Source of the DNA: Nageia nagi
Lineage: Eukaryota; Plantae; Pinophyta
NCBI GenBank assembly: GCA_050084985.1
Contig: JBITNC010000001.1
Span: 155,434,001 to 155,498,000 of the forward strand
Direction of reading: 5' to 3'
DNA length: 64,000 nt
In this document: one piece after another, positions 39,699 through 51,339 of the stretch
Position numbering within the stretch: position 1 is the stretch's first letter
Layout of the letters: every line of letters begins with the position of its first letter
Position numbers and translations under genes: made by a program
The notes under the pieces: generated by a model
Seen by the model: only the letters and a program-made list of their open reading frames with translations
Database searches by the model: none
Told to the model about the DNA's origin: nothing

Positions 39699-39786
39699 TT
39701 TTGGCGACATCTATGGGAAAATTTCGCCAATCACAAAGAAATTTTAGAACCCAAAATCTTATTAGAATGAATCAGTGAATCATACT

Positions 39787-42700
39787 TCAGTTCTGTATAT
39801 TCAGGAGTTGCTGAACCTTACTCCAGTCTGCGGGGATCCCGGAAAAATCCTTTAGCCTTGCATGGGCTAAAGCTATAGTGTTCAAAATTTCATAAGACAC
39901 ATGAGCATGTTTTCTCAATAATTGCTGAATGTGAATGCCGCCGTTTGCCAAAGAATCAAAAAAATTTATTAAATTGGTCTCGTCAAATGAAACCAAGAGT
40001 GTATCAATATCATCAGTGCTTTGAAATATGCTCTGTAGACCACTCAAAAATTCAGCTTCAGGGACAAGCGAGCCGTCACTTCTCCATAACTCTGGGATTC
40101 CGGATGCATTTAATCCCTGAATCTCTGACTTCAGGTTTTCCATTTCTTGTGTCCGGCTCAAGACATTACCCTTGATCTCCTGACAAACCCATTTCCCCCT
40201 CACCAGGTAATTAATTGCTGACATGAGTTCCACTCGATCACCAATATTATAAGATTGCAGCTTTTCATTAGAGAGGCCGTTTAGCCTCTTGTTTGCTTGC
40301 TTGGCCTGTTCTGAAATTGGATTCAAACTATTTTCACATCTGGCGACCTCAACCTCGAGCCTTTTGAATTCTGACAGGTATGATTCTATATGGTCTCTCA
40401 GATGAATCAAATCTTTGATTTCTTGCGCCCTCAGCTCCCAAAACCTTTTCTTCATATTTAACAGAAAGGATTTATCTACCTTATTCACCTTCAGACTTAA
40501 TTGGAGTTGCGCTATATTAGCGTTCAAACCGCTAATAACTGTATCTTTTGTCGCAATCTCTGCTTCTCTGGCAGCTGTATCAGCGTCTCTCTGAGAGATG
40601 ATGGCATCTTTCTGGCTCAAAATGTCTGCTGTAGGAGCCGCCGCTAAACTAGCCTTCAAAACTGATATATTATTTTCCGCAGCTCTCAATTTTACCTTCT
40701 GAGTGTCTAATTGTTGCTTCATAGCTTCATGAGCCTTTTGCAGCTTACTGTACTTGACCTCCAACTTTGTTAGCTCCGATATGTTAAGGTCTACTGCGGT
40801 TTGCAAGAACTCATTTTTATCACTCCGGGATATGCTTCGTGTGTCGATTTTTACCCGAGTGTTCATAGCAGATAGATCACTTTGCCCCTCTTGTGGGTCC
40901 TGGGCAATTGCCATTTCAAGCACCTTGTGCTTTGGATCCATTGAAGTCCGAAGCCTTACCGGATTATCTGGAACCGGAAGCTTCTTGACCTGCTTTAGCA
41001 TCCATGCATCTCGTCCCTGTTTCATCTGTTGGTACTGTTGCATAATGCCGTCCACAGATACTTGCTGTCCTGATATCATGATAAATGGAGATCCGGCGCT
41101 CAACTCTTGACGGGGGGAGGCCACAATCTGCTGTGTTGGTGTCACGGGGCTAGCTTGACTGGGCCCGGGGACACCAATGCCGGATGGATTCGCGGCAGAA
41201 AGTGCTGGAATGAATGAAGGAGAGGATGATGGGGGCGGAGATGGTGGATGTGACGATGGTATTGTAGTGACGCTAATGATGGGGGGAATTTGTGGGCTGG
41301 ATGCAAGGGGAAGGGAACTTTGCCATTGGATAGGTGGTGGTGGTGTTATGAGAGATTGAATGGGTGAAGGTGGAGTGGTTACTGGAATTTGCGGGAGTGA
41401 AATTGGAATGGAAATGGGCGCGATAGAAATAGACAGAGAAGGAGTAAGAGAAACAGGGGAAGAGAGAGTAGAGAGCGTACCTGACGGAGTAGGGCTCTTC
41501 CTTCTTCTCTTTGGTGGTGGTGGGAGTGGTGCCTTCTCTTTTTGGACTTTTCTTTTCAAGGATACACTCTCTCAGGCCTCCTAGCCGCTATTTCTGTAGA
41601 AACTTCCCTGGTTTCTTCCTCGGGTTGCTCCTCCTGAGCTGATGCTTGGGACCCTGCGCGTCCCTGCTCTCTCTCCTCATCACTATCATCCGAACATTCA
41701 TCTGCAGGGATGTCTGTGGGATGTTCTATTCTCCACATCTTTTCAAATTTATCATCTAAATCGGAATCTAAAGGGGTATTCCGATTTCCAGATTCAATCC
41801 GGTACTGGGTGAAGGCAGCTATTTTTTCCTCACTCCAGCCCTGATCTCTTAAGGTCTTCAGAGACTTTTTTGAGATGGAATCTGTTTTTGGGTCAAAATT
41901 TGCTTTCTTGCTATAAAAACCCAACCATGGCTCCGGCCTGGATTCAGCTCTAAAACCCGAGGGATTGGGCTGGCCCTTCAACCTCTTGCCAAAGATATCC
42001 TCAGGATCATATAGCAAATATTGACTAAGTTTTTTCAATTTTAATTTCAACAATTTACCTTTTAACTATTCACTTGCCCCCCTGCTTTAAAGCACCAAGT
42101 CGTGCACTTTATGAGGAAGGGCATAAACTATCCTCTTTTTTGCCGCAGCTCTGTATTTAGAATCAATATAATCCATTTGTCTAGCGTATTCCATACTGAA
42201 AACCCAATCCGTTACATGGACCGGTAGTAAGAAAGGAGCCCCAGAAAACCCATAAAGCCTGATGAAAGTCCTCTCCTCTGTGAAGAACCAGTCCCCGGTC
42301 TCTCCATGGGGCATCCGGAGGTAAAGCTTGGAAGCTGTTGATAATCTTGAGATTGCGGGGGTAAATAAACTCATTGCAGGAACCAAAAAGTTTTCTACAA
42401 AGAAGTAATAATCTGCTGAGGATCTCACGTCCTCGGTCCATTGGTCCACTGGCTTCTGAGACCCACTTCCATCAGTTTGAACCAAGGTTAAATTCTTGAA
42501 AACACCGGCATTTTGGTGAATCATCATCCAAACAATGTGTGACACATACGCAAAATGAAACCCCTCACTAATCTTTTCTAACTGTTCAGACATTCCATCT
42601 GAAAGGGCAATAGCCCAGTCATACATTGTAGGAGAAATTGGGTGAGAGATCTGGTATGCGATAGCCAATTTTGATGGTGAGACATACCTATCTGTCTCTT

Positions 42701-43226
42701 CGCCTGCTGCTATAGCTAACATGGACAATAACAATTGCAGATGTGTAGAAAAATTGGAGAGCGGGAGTTCAAAACTGGGGAACTCTATGAACTTTATGGT
42801 CCCAGCTGCATTTTTATTTAGCCAGGCCGTGATACTTGCCCTCAGATTGGAACTAGGTGTCATGTACCAATCAATGTGCATAAGGGAACGCATAGGGGAG
42901 GGTGGATTAAAAGCCTTCGCTACTGAAATGGAATCCAAATTTAGGATAGTCTTTCCTTGCAAGTCTCTGACCATTCTAGTTGCAGGATCAAATGCCCCCC
43001 TTATAACCTCTATCAACTCAGGAGCAGGAAAACATCTATGGGGGATGAAGTACATGAGACCCGACCCCATTGGTGAATGTGCTATGTGATTAAAACTGAA
43101 GTTTGGGCACTTAACTTCAGCGGTGCCCTTGGGGTTCTTGTTTCGAGCTGTAATTTCAGTGTCCCACAATAATTCCATGGAATCCGTTATTTTCCTTGTT
43201 GTCTTCGCCGATGATCCTGAGCTCAT
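39787..43226 (-). pseudogene. Extra ORF of about 1145 codons: Transposase_32/PMD-like N-terminal domain, acidic patch, NLS-like PPPKRRRK, Pro/Ser linker, long coiled-coil C-terminus
   Basis: ORFs 42087..43226 and 41556..42053 share a frame (two in-frame stops between them), then one frameshift leads into 39787..41559. The domain name is inferred from PELI...VRDLQGKTILNLDSISVAKAF and YDWA...FAYVSHIVWM patterns. Confidence 0.85.
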
Positions 43227-43429
43227 TTCTGTTTACTTGTACTGCGCTTCTCAACTCTTCTTGCCTCACTTTTGTCACCCTTAACCGGCACTTTGCTTTT
43301 CTCGGATTCTTCTGCTATATTCCACAGCTCCTGGCAATGCACAGTAGGTACTAGCTTTGCAAATTTGTAAACCAATGCTTTCTATGAATTCTAGAATTTA
43401 GGTATTTTCGGCAAGTAGTGCTCTTGGTC

Positions 43430-43438
43430 CTTTTATAG
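43430..43438 (-). promoter_or_regulatory. Putative internal TATA box (CTATAAAAG) for the extra ORF
   Basis: cttttatag on the plus strand, about 205 bp upstream of the eORF ATG, in the INT-eORF spacer. Confidence 0.5.
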
Positions 43439-43744
43439 CTCATTTCGTTGATTGATGCACAATCTCTCTGAACATGCGAAATATCCTCACGGATAGTAGC
43501 ATTAACAACCGATTTGATATTATACGCTCTTTTCAGGAACTCCGAGATTTGATTTTCTATACCCCTTTTGGAAACTTCAATTCTGCCAGCGCAAAAGTAC
43601 AACTACCATTAACATTAAGTTACTAATAAATAACTGACAACCACAACAACAACTTGAAATAAATGCAAACGGCACACTATTTACAATGTGTACAAAATCA
43701 TATCTTTTCAAAAAAATCACTGTCCCGCGCTTGCGGTCTTATAT

Positions 43745-46700
43745 CGCTTTAGGTGTTGTCCATTAACTGAAATCGGCAATTTGCACCCATTTAATTTTGC
43801 CAGCTCAAAGGCGTTTTTTTCCAATGCATTTAGCTACTACATAGGGTCCGAACCACATGGATTCGAATTTTTTGTGTTTCCCAGGTTTAGCTCTGTCTTC
43901 ATCCCATTTCAACACTAAATCTCCTTCCCCGAAAGTATCCGGAGGTGATTTTCGACCGTCAAACCATCTTTTTACTATTTCATTTCTTCTCCAGAGGTCT
44001 TGATATGATTGATTCCGGAGCTCTTCTAAATGCAACAGTTCATTCATCCGAACCTCAAGAGATTCAAAATCCTCGCCATATTCCTGCAAAACTTTTAAAA
44101 CCGGAAGCTCGGAATGGCTTGGTAATGCCGCCCTTTTACCGTATACAAACGTATATGGGCTGGTTTTAATGGCCGATTTTACTATGATCCTGTCTGCCCA
44201 CAATGCCCAATTGAGCTTTTCGTGCCAAGTCCGAGGGTTATCTTCCACTGTTCTTTTGAGGATCCGAATCAAATTCTTATTTATAGACTCAGCCAAACCA
44301 TTACCCTGGGGGTAATAGTTTGAGGAGGTTTTCCAATAGATACCTAATCTCATAGCAAAATCAATAACTTCAGCTCCTACGAACGCTAAGCCATTATCCG
44401 AAATTATCGTTTGGGGAATACCATACCTGGTAATTAACTTCTCTATAAATCTTAGAACAGTCTTCTGACTTGCCTCTTTTACGGCCTCTGCTTCCGCCCA
44501 CCTGGTGAAAAAGTCTGTAGCAGTAAGGATGAATTTATGTCCGGAAAAGGAGTTTGGATTGATGACTCCAATAAAATCCAGCCCCACTGTTGGAAGGGTT
44601 CTTCTCCTTGGATTGGTTCTAATGGTAATGCCGCATTTCTCTTCTTCCTACATACCTTTGACACTTTTCACAATTTTGTGCCTTTGCGAAAGCATCTTTG
44701 AACATAGTAGGCCAGTAATATCCCGCCTAAATAATCTTACCCACTGTTGTGTATCTGGAATAATGACCTCCAGACCCTCCGGAATGAAACTCTTCAATGA
44801 GCTTAGCTGACTTTGTCGCCGGTACACATCTTAACAAAACGCCATCGTGATTTCTTCTATAAAGTATATGATCTATCTCCGTGTAATTCTGGGCATGTAT
44901 CTTGAATCGCCTTCTTTGGGATGCATTCATGTTTCCTGGCAATTTTCCGATCTCAAAATATTCGTTTAGCTGCTCCATCCAATCCTTTGTTGTATCTTCG
45001 GATATGGATTCCGGGGTTTCTTGTTCAACAAAGCATACCATCTCCTTTTCCGGCGTCGTAGGTTTTGCAAGTTGCTCACAAAGTGCTCTTCCTTTTATGA
45101 GCTTAGTGGGCCAAATTTCCACATCGTATTTTAAAATTTTTGAAATCCACCCGGGTCTTCCTTCTCCCAATTCTCCCTACATAACATAGGACCTAACATC
45201 CGGGTGTATGGTTAGAATTAAAATCCTACTCTGAGCAATATAATGTTTTAACTTAGTGAGTGCTTTCACAATAGCTAAGACCTGTTTTTCAATGAAAGTG
45301 TATTTTTCCTCACAACTGTTCATAGTCTGGCTGAAAAATGCGACTGGGTATTCTTCATTCCTTTCGTACTTCTGGGTTAAAACGACTGCAACACTAGTAT
45401 CTGAACCATACGCGTACAGAATAAATTCTTTACTAAAATCTGGATTTCTCAGTACAGGAGCTTTTGTAATTGCTACCTTGATTTTTTGAAAAGCTTCCTT
45501 ACCTTCCTCAGTCCATACAAAAGGAGTATCTTTTTTTAGCATTCGGGTGATAGGTTTGATAATGTTTGAGAAATCCTGAATAAATCTTCTGAAAAAGTTA
45601 ATCTGACCCAGAAAAGACTGCAGAGACTTCTTATTAGATGGGAGAGACAAGTCATTTATAGCTTTAACTCTATCCGGATCAATAGCCCACCCCTCTTTTG
45701 AAATGACATGGCCCAATAATTTACCCTCATCTACTGCGAAGATAGACTTCTTAGGATTTAGGGATATACCATACCTCTTACATTTGATGAAGGCTTGCTC
45801 CAGATGTTGAACATGCATGTTTCTGTCGTGAGAGAAAACAGTAATATCATCCAGGTATACCAATAGACTCTTATTTACCAGCTCTCCAAACGCATAATCC
45901 ATAGCTCTCTGAAAGGTAGCTCCTGCATTGGATAGTCCAAAAGGCATCCTCTGAAAAGCAAATGTGCCCCATTTAGTTGTAAAAGCTGTTTTAAATTGAT
46001 CTTCATTCCGGACCCAAATCTGATTGTACCCGGAGAAACCGTCTATCAAAGAGAACTTTTCGGCACCGGCTACAGTGTTTAGTATCTGCTCCATTGGCGG
46101 TAAGGGATAGTGATCTTTCAAAGATACTCTGTTTAAGCCCCGGAAATCCACACACAACCTTATCTCGCCATTTTTCTTCCAGACAGGCACAAGATTGGCT
46201 ACCCAAGTGGAATGCTTAATGGGATAAATTATCCCAGCCTTGTACAATTTCAGGACCTCCTGCTTCATGGCAACTTCAATCTTAAGGTTTACTAGTCTTT
46301 GTTTTTGTCTGACCGGTTTAGCATCATCTATCAACTCGATTGTATGCTGTATCACTGATTTATCAAAAACCTTTAAATCATCATAAGACCAAGCAATGAC
46401 ATCAACATATGTTCTGCATAATTGTACAATTTCCTGAATCTGTTCCGGAGTATTAGATATACCAATTTTTAATGACTTACCCGGAAAGACTTCATGTTCT
46501 TTATAGTTATCTGGGTTTATATGCATACCTCTTCTCTTTACTTGGTCACTCCTGTCAAACAATCCTTCGAATGGAACCAAATCCTTAGGGATTTCATTAT
46601 TGTTCAGCTGAATTATGTCTTGCTCCCGGAAAACTTCGGAGTCCTCTTCTCCTACTGCATGACATACAGCTTGTAATAAAAATTGGTTAATTTGAGCCTC

Positions 46701-49414
46701 ATCCCGGAAAACCTGCCAAAAGGAATCATTATCCGGAACTGATGGTCTGAAAATGAGCTGAACACCCTTTCTCCGGAACCAGTCATTGGTAGGATCAAAA
46801 CTGGCTCCCATTTGTGCTAAGGTGTCAGCTTCTTGGTTGAATTTCCTTGGGACAAACTAAATATGTAATGCTTCGAAATGCTCAAACAGATCCCACACCC
46901 GATTCCTGTAAGATTTCAAATAATGATGCTTGACTGAACATTTACCTGTCACCTGTTTCACGACCAACTCTGAATCCCCTTTGATCCTTAAACACCGAAT
47001 CTTCATTTTGATGGCTTGTTCTAGTCCAAGGCAAAGAGCTTCATATTCTGCTACATTATTGGAACATAACCAGGTGAGTCTGAAAGAAAATCTATGTACC
47101 TTACCAGATGGATTGGTCAGGATAATCCCGACTCCGGATCCATTTTTGGATCTTGCCCCGTCAAAAGACATCTCCCACATTTCATTTCTCCGGAAATCTT
47201 CCCTTGTGAGTTCCGGATGAAAGATTCCGGTTCTATCAAGCAATAATTTCCAAACTCCATGTTGTGGATAGTGTTGAGCATACTCATACTACAAGGGTCT
47301 TCGGTTTGCAGTTCTTCCATCAATTCATCTGATTCTTCCAATTCGCCAAAGATTGCACAAACCTCCTCCTTTTTCTCCACGTGAAACTCAAAAAATTCCT
47401 CATTATTTAGTTTTACCCTCTTATTTCCACAATGGATCAAATAATGGGTGTAGTCCATTGCCAGATAACCCCCTATTTTAGCTGTAAATTCTCTAGACAG
47501 ACATAGCCCGAACAAAAGGGGTAGCTCAACAACTACAATTTCCTGAATAATAATTACAGAGGGACACTTATGTATTTTCAGGACTACATCCTTGATCACT
47601 CCTACTGTTTTGACAGGTGTGGAATCCAGTTGTAGTACTCCGGTGGATGTTCTTGTCATAGGCAACCCCATCACATCGCACACTGCTTTAGGCATCACAG
47701 TAGTAGCTGCCCCGAAATCAACCAAACAATTATGAAGTACATATCCCTCGATTTCCAGAGTCACATAAAAAGCCGGAGGTTTGTTCTTTCCCATCCCTGG
47801 ATATTTCGATGTCTCAAAAAGGTTAAGCACTCTTTCCATTCCTTCATTCAATGCTATAAGAGATGTTTTCAGTAAATCAATTTGCCCGGGAATTTTTAGA
47901 GCTTCAAACAAGGACACTCTTGAGGGAGTTCTCTTTAGCTCCGCCATAATGTTAAACTCTGGGATAGCCGGAGGTTCGCCAATTTTATTTCTAAATCTGT
48001 CAGTAAATCTTTCCTGAAGCTGTAGAGTATCATCTTTTCTCTGATGCTTGGTGAGTGAAGGGAACCTTAACTTCCGGAGATTTTGATCACTGGCTTTGGG
48101 CGTCGGTTTGGTTTCCGGAAACGGGAATTTTTGAGAAACCATTTCCTTTTCTGGGGTCTTTTCTTTAGACACGGGAACTGCGTCTTGCTTTTTAGGAAAC
48201 ACTGAACCGGAACTCTTTTGGGATTCAACTTTTCTTTCCGGAATACCGGAGACTAGGGGTTTTTTCCCTGATCTTGTTTCCACAGCGAAAACTCCTATAT
48301 CCGCTAGTGCAAAATTCATCAGGTTCACATCTCGGCTTATGTCGTCAGCTACACCAGGCGGAGGGATGCCCCCACTTCTTGATAAATATTCTTGGTATTG
48401 ATAAACAAAATATGTTGTTTGCTCATGAGCATCATTGCAGGCCAAACACAAACCAGTGGCTGACCCGGAAGAGGAAGCTTGGCTTACATCCTCATTCAAC
48501 ACATGCTGAGCCTTTTCTACAGCAGGATAAGGATATCTTCTTACATTGCTTTGCCTGCTTAGAATGGTAATCTGGTTTGCCATATTCCTACACAAATTTC
48601 GGAGTTCCTGAATCTCTGTCAATGAAGCTACTCCTTGATTCATATTAGGCTGATGAGGGGCTGGTAAGGCCAAGGGAGCTCTAGGGACTGGCAAGGTTGA
48701 TGGCCACTGTTGAATGGGGGCGGGAATACTGGCCAGAGGTGGAGCCAAACTAATTACTTGAGGTCTCAAAATTTGCTATTGGGCGGTTACTGGAAAATAA
48801 GGCATTGGCATGCGACTTGGCAATTTTCCAACTGCAATCAGACAGGATTCAGCATATACTGCTTGTCTATAGACCTCCGGGAAAGTATTTACTCCAGAAT
48901 TTTAGATTTGCAAAGAGAGATCCGAAGGAAAGGCTCTCAGGTAATACATTAAGGCTTGAAATTGCTGAGGCCTGACTGGCATTGGGACTCTCATCCAAGT
49001 TTTTTGGAATCTAATGTTGAAATCCGGGATATTTTCTTGCTCATATCTTTTGATTGAAGTGAACTGTGTTAACAGAGAAAAAGGATCTCCTAATTCATTA
49101 AATTCCAAGATAAAGGGCTTTGCCAGTTGAGCCCAAGTGGTTATAGATCCATTAGGAAGGCCCCTGTACCAATCCAGGACCTTTCCTTTGAAAGACTGAG
49201 CCAGTAATCTCACCATGACATCTTCATGTTGAATATTATGAATCTTAGCTAGGCCAACTACATCAACACAATGCTCATAAGCCGTTTTCTCTGAAGTTGC
49301 GTCAAACTCCGGAAGGGTTTTGAAAACATTAGCTGGGATGTCATGCAACACGACCAGAGCTATTGGTACCCCATTGTCCCATTCCGAATAAATATTCTGA
49401 GCTGGATTAGCCAT
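43745..49414 (-). pseudogene. gag-pol polyprotein (GAG, PR, additional RNase H, RT, RNase H, integrase) with several stops and frameshifts
   Basis: Gag RLLAQSFKGKVLDWYRGL; PR CLVDFGAATTVM; aRH FDGARSKNGSGVG...NNVAEYEAL...GDSELV; RT RLCVDFRGLN...MPFGLSNAGATFQR...YLDDI; INT GLDFIG...IISDNG...YPQGNGLAE. Confidence 0.95.
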
Positions 49415-49680
49415 TCTAGGAGAGGTATTTCTAGTGTGAAGATTGGATGATTCTGGCTTGGTAAAGGATTTTAGGGTGCTAATACTATTCAGAGACTTGG
49501 ACTTGATCAGGGTCTTTCTCTTAGGAGCATCTAACGTTCTAAAATCCGGTGCTTCTTTTGCTGCTCTGGTTTTAGATCTAGTCCACATAAACTCTAGGTT
49601 GCAAAAGAAAATAAGAGGTTCAAAAGCACATATGATATTCACAAATAATCTGCTTTAATACATACCATAGATAGTGCTTC

Positions 49681-49726
49681 AACAGAGTCGCCAATAAGTT
49701 TCTTCGGTGTCCCACCGGGCATGCCA
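49681..49726 (-). promoter_or_regulatory. Primer binding sites: TGGCATGCCCGGTGGGAC (49709-49726, tRNA-Arg UCU-like) and a second partial TGGCGACTCTG (49683-49693, tRNA-Arg ACG-like)
   Basis: Both begin TGG, lie just inside the 5' LTR and resemble the Arg PBS types of Ogre/Tat elements. The tRNA assignment is from recalled plant tRNA 3' ends. Confidence 0.8.
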
Positions 49727-49764
49727 AAAAGAAATTACTGTTGATTAGGATTGTGTAATATATG

Positions 49765-51339
49765 TGTTGATTAGGATTGTGTAATATATGCGCCGTGAAC
49801 AATCCCAACCAAAGTAAATCATGAACAGACTATAGTGACAGTCTGATCTCCGGAGAAGGCCGGTTCCTTATCTATTGGGCATAGAAAACGTAACAGGAAA
49901 GGAAATAAAAGAGTAGGGTGCGAGGAATTTAAGCAAAAAGGCTTAGGGTAACAGGAAAGAAATAAAAGGAGTAGAGTGCGAGGAATTTAAGCAAAAGGGC
50001 TTAGGGTAACAGGAAAGAAATAAAATGAGTAGAGTGCGAGGAATTTAAGCAAAAGGGCTTAGGGTAACAGGAAAGAAATAAAAGGAGTAGAGTGCGAGGA
50101 ATTTAAGCAAAAGGGCTTAGGGTAACAGGAAAGAAATAAAAGGTGGATCACTAGTTCAGCGCGGGCTTTCACAGTGTGTGAAACCTTGGCCTGAATCTAG
50201 TGTAGCAGCTACGGTACAAGCTCTCACTCTCTAATAGTTTCCCAGCGTTACTCTACCATGTAGCAGACACAGTTATACTAGCAATCCGCAATTATCATTC
50301 AGGAAACAAGCCAAGCTGCCACGATGTAACCAAATTAAGAATGACAATTACGATTGCTAGACAAGAAAGGTCAAGATGGTTTCATATTACTGATAAAAAC
50401 TACAGGTCTTCGAGAACAAATGTAAAGAGCAATACTAGGGCTTCCGACCCTTTTCTCACTTTATTTGCATATATTTATACTGTAGTAACTACAGTTACAA
50501 GAAGTGCAGAACAGAAACGGTTACAAAAACGGCTTCAAGATCCTAGCCTTCTTTTAACGGTTACAAAACAGGCAGATTGCAGATGATACGCTTCTTGACA
50601 ACTGTGATCTGACCTTTTGCTGGCTTCGTCTCTACATTCCGGAATATTTTACTCACTGGCTCCGGCTATTTGATCACTTTTTGCGGCCCTCATCGCTTCC
50701 GGGATCCGGTTTTGGGTTAAGGCCCAGAATCCGTGACATCATCTTCACATTTCCGGAATGCTCTACTTAACCGGCTCCGGCTTCTTTGATTATCTCTTGC
50801 TGACCTCATCATCTCCGGAACCCGTTCTTTATCAAAACTGAGCTTTATCCTTTTCGTCGTGACGTCATCGTTTTATCCGGAATGCTTTACTTCCGGAACA
50901 CTTAAGCTACCGGCTCCGGCTTCTTTGATTATCTTTTGCTGACCTCATCCTCTCCGAAACCCGGTTTCATTCAAAAATGTGAACGTTGTTCTCCCCGTGA
51001 TGTCATCTTCCCCTTCTGGAAATGTTTTACTTGCTTTCTCCGGAATATGGGCCTTTCCACAACTGAGCTTTTATCATTTCATTCCGGAACGCTTTATCCA
51101 CTGACTCCGGTCTTTTAATCACCCCTTGCTGACATCATCATCTCCGGAACCCGGTTTTTACCAAAATGCGACTGTCTTATCCTCTGTGACGTCATCATCT
51201 TATTCCGGAATTTTTTACTTCCGGACTCCGGCCTGTTTTGTTTGCTCCAGAAAAACTCCCAGGGATCTTAAAATGAACCCATGATTGCAAGTAAAGTACA
51301 CCGGGCTTTAATAAAGAATTTATTATGTATGAATATACA
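49765..51339 (-). mobile_element. Solo LTR of a sister Tat subfamily inserted into the element's own 5' LTR
   Basis: TGTTGATTAGG...ATATACA with a perfect ATATG TSD (49760-49764, 51340-51344). Carries a roughly 58-bp x4 tandem at 49890-50140 that is single-copy in the host LTRs. Confidence 0.92.

Noticed and set aside
39702-39719. Functional link between the tRNA-Lys-like site and the host lysyl-tRNA synthetase gene (by analogy with HIV LysRS packaging)
   Set aside because: The host enzyme is the organellar form, and an insertion location implies no biochemical link. Treated as coincidence.
39787-41559. 590-aa ORF as a host extensin/myosin-like gene or an env gene
   Set aside because: Intronless, between the element's LTRs, continuous by one frameshift with the upstream eORF, and no signal peptide or clear transmembrane segment.
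49890-50140. Regular repeat arrays resembling CRISPR (also 12515-12685 and 39010-39640)
   Set aside because: Head-to-tail units without unique spacers, inside plant LTRs, with no cas genes.
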